From Salegentibacter sp. (GTDB lineage Bacteria; Bacteroidota; Bacteroidia; Flavobacteriales; Flavobacteriaceae): a stretch of 43,599 bases of DNA. The notes beneath the pieces were generated by a model. It ran no database searches. It saw nothing but the letters and a program-made list of their open reading frames with translations, and had not been told where the DNA came from. A program made the position numbers and the translations under genes. Positions 28,013-37,669 of this stretch are shown in pieces (positions within the stretch are counted from its first letter, which is position 1; every line of letters begins with the position of its first letter). The stretch lies in assembly GCA_049589035.1 (NCBI GenBank), contig JBAWAB010000142.1, positions 1 through 43,599 of the forward strand, in the 5' to 3' direction.

Positions 28013-29564
28013 ACAGATCGAACTTAATTCCCTGCGCCAAGGGAAGCTCGGTAGTATAATTGATCGTATTGGTTTGACGACGCATGTAAACTTTCCAGGC
28101 ATCCGAACCAGACTCGCGGCCGCCGCCGGTTTCCTTTTCACCACCAAAAGCACCACCAATTTCAGCTCCGGAAGTTCCAATATTGACATTGGCGATCCCG
28201 CAGTCAGATCCCGCAACCGAAAGGAATCTTTCTGCCTCGCGAAGATTATTGGTCATAATCGCTGAAGAAAGCCCCTGTTTCACCCCATTCTGAAGATCGA
28301 ACGCATTCTCAAGATCACCTGAGTATTTCATGATATACAGCACCGGCGCAAAAGTTTCGTGTTGCACGATCTCGTAGTGATTTTTAGCTTCGGCAATGGC
28401 AGGTTTTACGTAGCAACCGCTTTCGTAACCTTCACCTTCCAGCACTCCGCCTTCAACTAAGATCTTACCACCTTCTTCAACTACTTTATCCAGGGCAGCC
28501 TGGTAATTCTTCACAGCATCTTTATCGATAAGCGGGCCCACATGATTGTTCTCATCCAGCGGATTTCCGATCCTAAGTTGTTTATAGGCATCAACGATAG
28601 AATCTTTTACCTTATCGTAAACGTCTTCGTGAATAATAAGCCTTCTTGTAGAAGTACAACGTTGACCACAGGTGCCAACCGCACCAAACACAGCGCCTAT
28701 TACCGTATTCTTCACATTTGCATCGGGAGTCACGATAATGGCGTTGTTCCCTCCAAGCTCGAGCAAAGTTTTACCCAATCTCGCTGCTACTGCCTGAGCT
28801 ACGATCTTACCCATTCTTATGGAACCGGTAGCCGAGATCAAAGGCACCCGTTCATCATTGGTCATCATCTCACCAACCTTGTAATCACCGGTGATCAAAG
28901 AAGAAATTCCTGCAGGAACTCCATTTTCAGCAAAAACTCTCGCCGCTATATTCTGACAGGCTACCGAAGTGAGTGGTGTCTTTTCTGAACCCTTCCAGAT
29001 GCAGGCATCGCCGCAAACCCAGGCAAGGGCGGTATTCCATGACCAAACTGCCACCGGAAAGTTAAAGGCCGATATAATTCCCACTACTCCCAGCGGATGG
29101 TATTGTTCATACATCCTGTGGCCGGGGCGCTCGCTGTGCATGGTCAATCCGTGCAACTGCCTGGAAAGCCCCACTGCAAAATCACAGATATCGATCATCT
29201 CCTGTACCTCGCCAAGGCCTTCCTGGTAGGATTTCCCCATCTCGTAAGAAACCAGTTTTCCCAAAGGCTCCTTCAGGCGTCGAAGTTCGTCGTTGAACTG
29301 TCGCACCACCTCGCCCCGTTGCGGAGAAGGCCAGCTGCGCCATTCCTTAAATCCTTCAGTAGCCGTACTTACAACTTTTTCATAATCCTCTTTAGTAGTA
29401 GCTTTCACCTTGCCAATCAAGGCGCCATCTACAGGCGAATAAGATTCGATGATTTCCCCGTTTCCGAAGAAATCTTCGCCGGTAGAAGTTCCGTTATTGA
29501 TTTCATTCAGGCCAAGCTCTTTCAAAGCTTGAGTGATCCCGAATTTTTTTGCAATTTCACTCAT
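28011..29564 (-). CDS. Aldehyde dehydrogenase family 7 (piperideine-6-carboxylate / alpha-aminoadipate semialdehyde dehydrogenase-like)
   Basis: ISAFNFPVAV, LELGGNNA, GTCGQRCT, GTSGAEIGGAFGGEKETGGGRESGSDAWK. Confidence 0.93.
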   Translation of the reverse strand: MSEIAKKFGITQALKELGLNEINNGTSTGEDFFGNGEIIESYSPVDGALIGKVKATTKEDYEKVVSTATEGFKEWRSWPSPQRGEVVRQFNDELRRLKEPLGKLVSYEMGKSYQEGLGEVQEMIDICDFAVGLSRQLHGLTMHSERPGHRMYEQYHPLGVVGIISAFNFPVAVWSWNTALAWVCGDACIWKGSEKTPLTSVACQNIAARVFAENGVPAGISSLITGDYKVGEMMTNDERVPLISATGSIRMGKIVAQAVAARLGKTLLELGGNNAIIVTPDANVKNTVIGAVFGAVGTCGQRCTSTRRLIIHEDVYDKVKDSIVDAYKQLRIGNPLDENNHVGPLIDKDAVKNYQAALDKVVEEGGKILVEGGVLEGEGYESGCYVKPAIAEAKNHYEIVQHETFAPVLYIMKYSGDLENAFDLQNGVKQGLSSAIMTNNLREAERFLSVAGSDCGIANVNIGTSGAEIGGAFGGEKETGGGRESGSDAWKVYMRRQTNTINYTTELPLAQGIKFDL

Positions 29565-29624
29565 TAATTTGTGGTTTTATCTGTTCTTATGTGTAGTTAT
29601 TGCGAAAATAGTAAAATTTGACCG

Positions 29625-30167
29625 CTATTCCTCATCGGCCACAAAACGCACATCTGCCGGCATGACCTCGCCACAATTATCGCAGGTGCGCAGATCTTTA
29701 CTGCCGTAGAATTCCTTGAAATGCTTCAGAAAATCCTTCTCAATGTCGTGCAGCGGAAAGTAAACCTCGTACAGCTTATGATTGCAGTTATCGCAGTACC
29801 AGATGAGCCCGTCTTTCACGTCCAGCCCAATCCTCTTGCGCTCCACCACCAGCCCAATCGAACCATCTTTCCTCTCAGGAGAGTGCGGAACTTTGGCCGG
29901 ATGCAGGTACATATCACCGGGACCCAGTTTCATGGTTTTTTTCTCCCCGTTCTCCTGCACATGCACCTCGATCTCCCCCTCCAGCTGGTAAAAAAGCTCT
30001 TCGGTTTCGTTGTAGTGGTAATCTTTCCGTGCATTCGGCCCGGCCACGACCATTACAATATAATCTCCCGAGTCTTTGTAAAGATTCCTGTTTCCTACCG
30101 GCGGCTTCAGCGTTTCCCGGTTCTGCTCCACCCATTTATCCAGGTTAAAAGGTTTAAGAATACCCAT
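29625..30167 (-). CDS. nbaC: 3-hydroxyanthranilate 3,4-dioxygenase
   Basis: LKPPVGN, GPNARKDYH...EE, PHSP, two CDNC rubredoxin-like motifs. Confidence 0.95.
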   Translation of the reverse strand: MGILKPFNLDKWVEQNRETLKPPVGNRNLYKDSGDYIVMVVAGPNARKDYHYNETEELFYQLEGEIEVHVQENGEKKTMKLGPGDMYLHPAKVPHSPERKDGSIGLVVERKRIGLDVKDGLIWYCDNCNHKLYEVYFPLHDIEKDFLKHFKEFYGSKDLRTCDNCGEVMPADVRFVADEE

Positions 30168-30305
30168 AATTTCGAATTTGAACTAAAATTAAGCATTCTC
30201 CCCCAGAAACATACTGGCAGCCACTGAATATCTCCTGATTGGAAAATCCTGAATTGGAACAAACACAAGCAAAGAACACTACAAACTGCAGACTGCGACT
30301 GATTA

Positions 30306-30424
30306 CTTTTGCGGGCGCCTGCCGCTACCGCGGCACCGGGCTCTCCGCTTCAAGTCCTCGTCGCAAAAGCTCCTGCGGGCTTTCCGCTGCTACCTGCCTG
30401 CCAGTAGGCAGGTCCCTGGCGCAG
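30306..30424. repeat. GC-rich REP-like palindromic element with nested 20-bp palindrome
   Basis: Inverted repeat cttttgcg/cgcaaaag; direct repeat cgggct(c/t)tccgct twice; cctgcctgccagtaggcagg at 30393-30412. Confidence 0.65.
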
Positions 30425-30486
30425 GTTTTCTACGGTATTCCTATTTTCAATGATTTTCCATAACTTTCCATTCAAACCAGAATCTC

Positions 30487-31563
30487 ATGAAAAAAATCAT
30501 ATTCCTTTTTAGCCTTTGCGCCTTCCTTGCCTGCAATGAAGAATCTCACATGTCCCGCAAGATTGTAGATGATCAACCGGTGAAAAAAGCCGAAAAAGAC
30601 ACGACGGTAAATTTTGGGATCGTCATTCATGGTGGGGCCGGTACCATCCTCAAAAAAAACATGAGCGATTCCCTGGAGGCCGCCTACAAGGCAAAACTGG
30701 AAGAAGCCATCAGGACAGGCCACCGCATTCTTGCCAATGGCGGCACCGCGATCGAAGCTGTGCAAAGAACCATCAATGTCATGGAAAACTCTCCGCTCTT
30801 CAACGCCGGTAAAGGAGCAGTCTTTACCCACGAAGGCAAAAATGAAATGGACGCCTCCATCATGGATGGCAATACCCTCAATGCCGGTGCGGTAGCAGGA
30901 GTGACCACAATAAAGAACCCCATCAACCTGGCTTACCAGGTCATGGTGAATTCCGATCACGTGCTGCTTTCAGGCCGCGGAGCAGAAGAATTTGCCAAAG
31001 AACAGGGCCTGAAAATTGTAGATCCCGAATATTTCTACACCGAAAAAAGATTCCAGAGCCTTCAGAAAATAAAAGCCGCCGAAGAGGCCAAAACTTCCAT
31101 AGATACCCGAAAAATGGCCTTCCAGGATCCTTTCATCAAAGACTCGAAATTTGGCACCGTGGGTTGCGCCGCTTTGGACAAACACGGCAATCTTGCCGCG
31201 GGCACTTCCACGGGAGGCATGACCAATAAACGCTATAATCGCATTGGCGATTCGCCCATTATTGGTGCGGGCACCTATGCCAACAATAAAACCTGCGCGG
31301 TTTCCTGCACCGGCTGGGGAGAATACTTCATCCGTGGGGTGGTGGCCTACGATATTTCAGCAATGATGGAATATAAAGGCATGAGCCTGCAGGAGGCCGC
31401 CAAAGAGGTTATTCAGAAGAAAGTTCCGGCAATGGGTGGCGACGGCGGAATCATTGCCATAGATCACGATGGGAATGTAGCCATGGAATTTGACACCGCC
31501 GGCATGTACCGCGCCACCATGAACAAAAACGGAGATCTTAAAATTGGTATCTACGGGAAGTAA
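30487..31563 (+). CDS. iaaA: Isoaspartyl peptidase / L-asparaginase (Ntn hydrolase), predicted lipoprotein
   Basis: IHGGAG, FNAGKG, G/TVG autocleavage site, TSTGG, GDSPIIGAG; lipobox FLAC. Confidence 0.92.
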   Translation: MKKIIFLFSLCAFLACNEESHMSRKIVDDQPVKKAEKDTTVNFGIVIHGGAGTILKKNMSDSLEAAYKAKLEEAIRTGHRILANGGTAIEAVQRTINVMENSPLFNAGKGAVFTHEGKNEMDASIMDGNTLNAGAVAGVTTIKNPINLAYQVMVNSDHVLLSGRGAEEFAKEQGLKIVDPEYFYTEKRFQSLQKIKAAEEAKTSIDTRKMAFQDPFIKDSKFGTVGCAALDKHGNLAAGTSTGGMTNKRYNRIGDSPIIGAGTYANNKTCAVSCTGWGEYFIRGVVAYDISAMMEYKGMSLQEAAKEVIQKKVPAMGGDGGIIAIDHDGNVAMEFDTAGMYRATMNKNGDLKIGIYGK

Positions 31564-31603
31564 TTTCAGTTGACAATATTTAGTATTGACGCAGTGTTTG
31601 AAA

Positions 31604-31873
31604 AATTGGGAATCGGAAAGCGGAAAGCGGGAAACGACAGCAGACCGCAATTCGAAACCCACTCCACAACTCAGAACCGACAACAGATAACAAACACTTC
31701 GACTGCTTCGTGCTCAGTGTACGACGGATGGGAGCATCTGATTATCCGGCGAAGGACGGAAGCAATCTCTGCTTCAAACCAGAAAGATTGCCGCGGCTCC
31801 GCCTTACAATCACGTACTCTTTAAACTCCCAGTCACAAACCGCAATCCAAAGTCCGAACTCCCACTCTCCACT
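31604..31873. repeat. Mosaic of heptamer arrays and REP-like palindromes
   Basis: aattggg aatcgga aagcgga aagcggg; acacttcgactgcttcgtgctcagtgt; gcaatct...agattgc inverted repeat. Confidence 0.6.
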
Positions 31874-31973
31874 ATTTTAACAGAACATTATTTCCGCAGT
31901 TTTGAAGATTGTACGAACTGCTACTACCTTCGCAGATATCCTGGAATCTCAACACAACACCGGCAGTCTTTCT

Positions 31974-32813
31974 ATGAAGTATTTTCAGCTTATTATTGTC
32001 CTTTTAGCCCTGATCCCTCTTCAGCTTCGGTCTCAGGCCCTCACCAAGGCCCAGGCGAATGACACTATCAAAACCATGCCTTCTTTTACCATTTACAAAG
32101 ATAATTACTTCATAAGCGGTGTTCCCACCCACACAGGCATTTCCAAACATACGGCTGATGCGAAGTACCAGATTAGTTTTAAGCAGCTTCTCACCCGAAA
32201 TACGCTACCGCTCGATACCTATCTTTTTCTCACCTACACCCAAAAAGCCTTTTGGAATGTTTATGAGACCTCCAGCCCTTTCAAGGAGATCAACTTCAAT
32301 CCTACCATCGGCCTGGGAAAACCCATCTACAATAAGAACAATCGGCTTACAGGACTGGCCGAGTTAAAGTTTGAGCACGAATCCAACGGCCGGGACAGTA
32401 TTTACTCCCGAAGCTGGAATCATATAACGCTGGCTTATACCACAGCTTTGGGCCAAAAAACGCTGCTAAGCCTGGAGGCCTGGTATCCTTTCCGCTATAA
32501 AGAGGACAATCCCGACCTCATGGAGTACCTGGGATATGGGCAAATAAACCTAAAATATGACCTGAAACCTGAGCAGCTCCTGCTCGATGTCTCTTTGCGC
32601 AAAGGCTTGAATTGGACCTGGAAAGGAGCCGTAAGGACAAGGCTGTTTTACAAGATCTCCAAGAACACCAATCAATACCTCATGCTGGAGTGGTTTGCCG
32701 GCTATGCCGAAAGCCTCATCTCATACCAGGACTACCGCAGTATGATCCGCGTGGGTTATGTCATCAAATCTTCGGACCTCAACTTCCTGAAGCCCATCCA
32801 CAGGCAACTTTAA
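31974..32813 (+). CDS. pldA: Outer-membrane phospholipase A
   Basis: YQISFK, YTQKAFW, SSPFKEINFNP, catalytic HESNG, SRSWN, GYAESL; ATG 31974 gives a signal peptide. Confidence 0.88.
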   Translation: MKYFQLIIVLLALIPLQLRSQALTKAQANDTIKTMPSFTIYKDNYFISGVPTHTGISKHTADAKYQISFKQLLTRNTLPLDTYLFLTYTQKAFWNVYETSSPFKEINFNPTIGLGKPIYNKNNRLTGLAELKFEHESNGRDSIYSRSWNHITLAYTTALGQKTLLSLEAWYPFRYKEDNPDLMEYLGYGQINLKYDLKPEQLLLDVSLRKGLNWTWKGAVRTRLFYKISKNTNQYLMLEWFAGYAESLISYQDYRSMIRVGYVIKSSDLNFLKPIHRQL

Positions 32814-32828
32814 CAAAATTTTACATTT

Positions 32829-32866
32829 TGATTGGTTCGGGAATATCCGAACTAATCATAATTTTG
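32829..32866 (+). promoter_or_regulatory. Palindromic operator abutting the -7 element of the efflux operon
   Basis: tgattggttcgg-gaatat-ccgaactaatca immediately followed by TAATTTTG (32859-32866). Confidence 0.7.
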
Positions 32867-32883
32867 CCGTCTTATCTAAAAAA

Positions 32884-33393
32884 ATGGGGGCAGCAAAAGA
32901 TTTAGACGAGCAGAAAGAGCATTTGATTGAACGTCTTGGGGTGTATATGGAAAGTCAGGAGCAGTTGGCTCCCCTGGCAGCACGTATCTTTGCCACCCTT
33001 ATTCTCACTGGCAGGAAAGGGATCACTTTTGAAGAACTGGTCACTTCACTCAATGCCAGTAAGAGCACCATCTGCACGCACCTCAATACCCTTCAGGCCA
33101 ATGGCAAAGCCGGCTATTTCACCAAACCCGGCGACCGTAAGCGCTATTTCATCGTGCACCCGAACAACCTGGTGCAGGTGATGGACGAGATGCTAAAAAA
33201 CTGGAAAATTCAGCGGGAGATCCACGAGGACATCCTTAGCTACAAGGAAGCCGCCAACAAAGAACTTCCGAAGAAAGAAGATAAATTCGATCTGGAATTC
33301 CATCGGGAGTATCTTGACTTCATCCATTTTGCAGGTGAAAACATCAAAAAACTAAAAGAAAAAATTATCAATAAACATTTACAAGATGAATAA
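32884..33393 (+). CDS. GbsR/MarR family transcriptional regulator
   Basis: LAARIFATL, wHTH LNASKSTICTHL, PGDRKRYF. Confidence 0.88.
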   Translation: MGAAKDLDEQKEHLIERLGVYMESQEQLAPLAARIFATLILTGRKGITFEELVTSLNASKSTICTHLNTLQANGKAGYFTKPGDRKRYFIVHPNNLVQVMDEMLKNWKIQREIHEDILSYKEAANKELPKKEDKFDLEFHREYLDFIHFAGENIKKLKEKIINKHLQDE

Positions 33394-34510
33394 ATATCTC
33401 GTCCCTTTTATTGCGATTGGGCTCATGCTGTCTTTCACAGCCTGTAAAGATTCAGCCGATAATTCTAAGGCTCAGGCTGCATCGCAGGTTTCACCTTTTC
33501 CCGTAGTGAAGGTTGAAAGGCGTACCGTTACTACCTACAGCAGGTATCCCGCAAGCCTGGAAGGCGAAGTGAGCAGTGAAGTAAGGCCGAAGATCCCGGG
33601 ATACATCCGGGAAGTTCTCGTAGATGAAGGCGAAAAAGTTAAAAAAGGACAGATACTGTTCAAGCTTGAAACCGAATCTCTCAACCAGGATGCTGCCGCC
33701 GCCAAAGCTAATGTAAATGCTGCCCAGGTGGAGGTTAATAAACTGAAGCCTTTGGTGGAGAAGAACATCATCAGCGAAGTGCAGCTGGAAACCGCCAAAG
33801 CTAAACTGGAGCAGGCAAAGAGCAATTACAACAGTATCGCTGCCAATATTGGCTATGCTAACGTTAAAAGCCCGGTAAATGGTGTTGTGGGTTCCATCAG
33901 TTACAGGAAAGGTGCGCTGGCCACGCCTCAGGATCCCAAGCCTCTCACCAGGATCTCTTCCATAGAAAAAGTGTATGCTTACTTTTCAATGAATGAGAAA
34001 GACTTCCTGAATTTTATTCAGAATGCTGAAGGAAAAACCCAGGAAGAAAAGATCAAAAACCTGCCGCCGGTAAAGTTGCTATTGGCAAACGGCGAAGAAT
34101 ATTCCAACAAAGGAACGATCGAGACTATCTCGGGAGATATCGACCCGCAGACCGGAACAGTGACTTTCCGGGCGCTTTTCGACAATTCCACCGGACTATT
34201 GCGCAACGGAAGCAGCGGCACCGTTCTCGTCCCCAAAACCTATGAAAATGCAATTGTGATCCCCGCAGTTTCAACCTTTGAACAACAGGGAAAAAAACTG
34301 GTTTACAAGGTGCAGAATGATAGCCTTGCCAGCCATGCCGTAGAAGTCCAGGACGAAGCCGGAAAACTTTATGTGATCAAAGAAGGAGTTGACGAAGGCG
34401 AAGTCATTCTGGCTAACGGAGTGAGCAAGGTGCGCCCGGGAATGAAGATCAAGCCCCAGCCTGTGGCTATGGACAGCATCCTCAATTCATTTGATACAGT
34501 TTTTAAATAG
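33386..34510 (+). CDS. RND efflux periplasmic adaptor (lipoprotein)
   Basis: Lipobox FTAC; VDEGEKVKKGQILF; SPVNG; IDPQTGT. Confidence 0.94.
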   Translation: MNKYLVPFIAIGLMLSFTACKDSADNSKAQAASQVSPFPVVKVERRTVTTYSRYPASLEGEVSSEVRPKIPGYIREVLVDEGEKVKKGQILFKLETESLNQDAAAAKANVNAAQVEVNKLKPLVEKNIISEVQLETAKAKLEQAKSNYNSIAANIGYANVKSPVNGVVGSISYRKGALATPQDPKPLTRISSIEKVYAYFSMNEKDFLNFIQNAEGKTQEEKIKNLPPVKLLLANGEEYSNKGTIETISGDIDPQTGTVTFRALFDNSTGLLRNGSSGTVLVPKTYENAIVIPAVSTFEQQGKKLVYKVQNDSLASHAVEVQDEAGKLYVIKEGVDEGEVILANGVSKVRPGMKIKPQPVAMDSILNSFDTVFK

Positions 34511-34515
34511 GAATT

Positions 34516-37500
34516 ATGCTAAAGAAATTTATTGAAAGACCGGTTCTTTCCACCGTTATCTCCATTATCCTGGTCATACTGGGAATTCTGGGAATTCAGG
34601 AATTGCCGGTTACCCAATATCCCGATATCGCACCGCCAACAGTGCAGGTTTCCGCTTCTTATCCCGGGGCCAACGCCGAGACTATCCTTGAAAGTGTGAT
34701 CGTTCCTATTGAAGAACAGATCAACGGGGTTGAAGGAATGAAATATATCACTTCCAGCGCGAGTAATGACGGCAGTGCCAGTATTCAGGTATTCTTCGAA
34801 CAAGGCGTAGATCCCGACATCGCCGCAGTGAACGTGCAGAACAGGGTTGCGCGGGCCAACGCTCTTTTACCTTCGGAAGTTGTTCGTGCCGGGGTTATCA
34901 CCTCAAAACAGCAAAATTCGGCACTTCTTTATGCCGCCTTATACTCTAAAAATCCGGAGTATGATGCCACCTTTGTTCAGAATTACCTCAACATCAATAT
35001 AAAACCAGAACTCCAACGGATCAATGGCGTGGGTGCTGTGAATGTTTTCGGAGGACGCGATTATTCCATGCGCATCTGGTTAGATCCCACAAAAATGGCC
35101 AATTACGGCCTTACTCCCACCGATGTCATTAACTCCATCAATGAGCAGAGCCTTGAAGCCGCGGCAGGTTCGCTGGGGCAGAATTCGGGGGAATCTTTTG
35201 AGTATGTGATCAAATACAAAGGCCGCTACAAAACGGCTGAAGAATATGGCGATATCATCATCAAAGCCTTGGACAACGGAAAATTTCTACGGGTAAAAGA
35301 CGTCGCCAAAGTGCAACTAGATGCCTTCAACTTTTCATCTGTTTCCAGGTCTAAAGGCTATCCCGGCATCAACTTCGGGATCTTTCAGACGCCGGGATCC
35401 AATGCCCAGGAGATCATTAAAAAGATCTATGACAAGATGGACGAGCTGCAGCAGGATTTTCCTCCCGGGATCGAATATCTGGTTAACTACGACACCAATA
35501 AATTCCTGACCGCCTCCATCAAGAAGGTGAAATCTACGCTAATTGAAGCTTTTCTACTGGTTTTTCTAGTGGTGTTTATTTTCCTTCAGGATATAAAATC
35601 TACACTTATTCCGGCCATCGCGGTGCCGGTTTCTATCATCGGAACCTTCTTTTTCCTGGGATTATTGGGCTATTCGATCAACCTGCTCACCTTATTTGCG
35701 CTGGTGCTTGCCATTGGGATCGTGGTTGATGATGCCATTGTGGTAGTTGAAGCCGTGTACGCCAAGCTCGAAGGCGGGGAGAAAGACCCTAAAAAAGCCT
35801 CGGTTTCGGCTATGGGAGAAATTAGCGGAGCCATTATATCCATTACGCTGGTAATGGCTGCCGTGTTTATTCCTATTACTTTTATCAAAGGACCATCGGG
35901 CGTATTCTACGAACAATTTGGGGTTACCCTGATCATTGCGATCCTGATTTCTGCCCTGAATGCTTTGACGCTGAGCCCGGCGCTTTGTGCCATTTTCCTC
36001 AAACCACCGAAGGACGAAAAGGATAAAAAGAAAAATCTGTTGGAGCGCTTTTACATCGCCTTCAACGCAGGATTTGGAGCTACCAGAAAAAAATACGTGC
36101 GCTCCCTGAGTTTCTTGATGAGACATAAGTGGATCCCGGTCTTAGCCCTGGGCCTCGCCGTAGCAGGTATTTTCTGGGCCGACAGCACGATCCCTTCAGG
36201 TTTTGTGCCTTCCGAAGACCGCGGCGTGATCTTTGTCAATATTGATCTTCCCGCAGGTGCTTCCCTCGACCGGTCCCAACGTGTGGCCGAAACCCTTTAC
36301 GACAAAATGAAGGAAATCGATGGAATACGAACTGCTTCCATGATAAGTGGGAGGAACTTCTTCTCCGGTTCAGGAAGTTCCTATGCCATGGGCTTCATTA
36401 TTCTTGAAGACTGGGGCAAGCGGGAAACCGATGAAACTTCGGTGCAGGGAATTATTAAAAAACTGAACCAAAAAGCCGCCGCTATCAGCGATGCCAAAAT
36501 TCTGTTCTTCACACCTCCGAGTGTACCCGGCTTTGGTAGTGCCGATGGTTTTGAGTTGCAGGTGCTGGACAAGACGGGCGGGAAATTGACCGAATTGGAC
36601 AAAACCGCTTCTGCTTTCGTCGGAAAACTGAATCAGCAGCCATCAGTGGCTTTTGCCTCGAACTCTTTCAGCACAGATTTTCCGCAGCTGCAATTAGACA
36701 TTGACATAGCCAAGGCCAAGGAAGCGGGAATCTCGATCAGTGATATTCTGAAGGCCATGCAGGGCTATATTGGTGGATATTACGCCAGCGACTTTAGCCG
36801 CTTTGGAAAACAATACCGGGTTTTTGTACAGGCCCTTCCAGAAGACCGTAGCGACAAGGAGAGTCTTAACAGTATTTATGTAAAAACACCCGGCGGAGAG
36901 ATGGCACCGGTTTCTCAGTTTGTAAGCCTTAACAGGGTTTATGGCCCTCAAACCGTCAACAGATTCAACCTCTTTAACGCCGTTACTGTAAACGGGACCA
37001 CTGCGCCAGGGTATAGCTCCGGGGATGCAATTTCAGCCATTCGTGAGGTGGCCGATCAATCTTTGCCATCGGGATACGATATCGCATTTTCAGGATTGAC
37101 ACGAGAGGAGATCGCTTCCGCAGGACAAGCCGGCATTATCTTTATGCTAAGTATCCTGTTTGTGTATTTCCTTCTGGCAGCACAGTATGAGAGCTATCTG
37201 CTTCCATTCGCGGTAATCTTTTCACTACCTCTGGGAGTTGCCGGAGCCTATTTTACTACCTGGTCAATGGGACTGCAGAATAACATTTATTTCCAGATTG
37301 CGCTGATCATGCTCATCGGATTGCTGGCGAAAAACGCCATTCTGATCGTGGAATTTGCCATTCAACGGCGACGCCACGGCCTGGGACTTGTAGAAGCCGC
37401 CGTAGAAGGTGCAAAAGTAAGGCTAAGGCCAATCCTTATGACTTCCTTTGCCTTTATTCTTGGGTTGATGCCACTTGTGCTGGCCAGCGGGGTAGGCGCA

Positions 37501-37668
37501 GAAGGAAACCGCTCTATCGGAACAGGTGCTGCAGGAGGACTCTTCTTCGGAACTATACTTGGTATCTTTGTGATCCCTACCCTTTTTGTGGCCTTCCAGT
37601 GGCTACAGGAAAAAGTGACCGGCGCACCAACCCCCGAAAATGATGAAAACATTAAAGAAATTGAATAG
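34516..37668 (+). CDS. RND efflux permease, HAE1/AcrB family
   Basis: FIERPV, QYPDIAPP, GIVVDDAIVVVE, KNAILIVE, RLRPILMTS. Confidence 0.97.
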   Translation: MLKKFIERPVLSTVISIILVILGILGIQELPVTQYPDIAPPTVQVSASYPGANAETILESVIVPIEEQINGVEGMKYITSSASNDGSASIQVFFEQGVDPDIAAVNVQNRVARANALLPSEVVRAGVITSKQQNSALLYAALYSKNPEYDATFVQNYLNINIKPELQRINGVGAVNVFGGRDYSMRIWLDPTKMANYGLTPTDVINSINEQSLEAAAGSLGQNSGESFEYVIKYKGRYKTAEEYGDIIIKALDNGKFLRVKDVAKVQLDAFNFSSVSRSKGYPGINFGIFQTPGSNAQEIIKKIYDKMDELQQDFPPGIEYLVNYDTNKFLTASIKKVKSTLIEAFLLVFLVVFIFLQDIKSTLIPAIAVPVSIIGTFFFLGLLGYSINLLTLFALVLAIGIVVDDAIVVVEAVYAKLEGGEKDPKKASVSAMGEISGAIISITLVMAAVFIPITFIKGPSGVFYEQFGVTLIIAILISALNALTLSPALCAIFLKPPKDEKDKKKNLLERFYIAFNAGFGATRKKYVRSLSFLMRHKWIPVLALGLAVAGIFWADSTIPSGFVPSEDRGVIFVNIDLPAGASLDRSQRVAETLYDKMKEIDGIRTASMISGRNFFSGSGSSYAMGFIILEDWGKRETDETSVQGIIKKLNQKAAAISDAKILFFTPPSVPGFGSADGFELQVLDKTGGKLTELDKTASAFVGKLNQQPSVAFASNSFSTDFPQLQLDIDIAKAKEAGISISDILKAMQGYIGGYYASDFSRFGKQYRVFVQALPEDRSDKESLNSIYVKTPGGEMAPVSQFVSLNRVYGPQTVNRFNLFNAVTVNGTTAPGYSSGDAISAIREVADQSLPSGYDIAFSGLTREEIASAGQAGIIFMLSILFVYFLLAAQYESYLLPFAVIFSLPLGVAGAYFTTWSMGLQNNIYFQIALIMLIGLLAKNAILIVEFAIQRRRHGLGLVEAAVEGAKVRLRPILMTSFAFILGLMPLVLASGVGAEGNRSIGTGAAGGLFFGTILGIFVIPTLFVAFQWLQEKVTGAPTPENDENIKEIE

Positions 37669-37669
37669 A

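Noticed and set aside
30239..30463. 74-aa ORF
   Set aside because: Non-ATG start; translates through REP-like repeats
31570..31824. 84-aa ORF
   Set aside because: Reads through the heptamer/REP mosaic with no protein-like motifs
27933..31873. Possible CRISPR array in the repeat-rich gaps
   Set aside because: No identical 25-45 bp repeats with regular spacers and no cas genes
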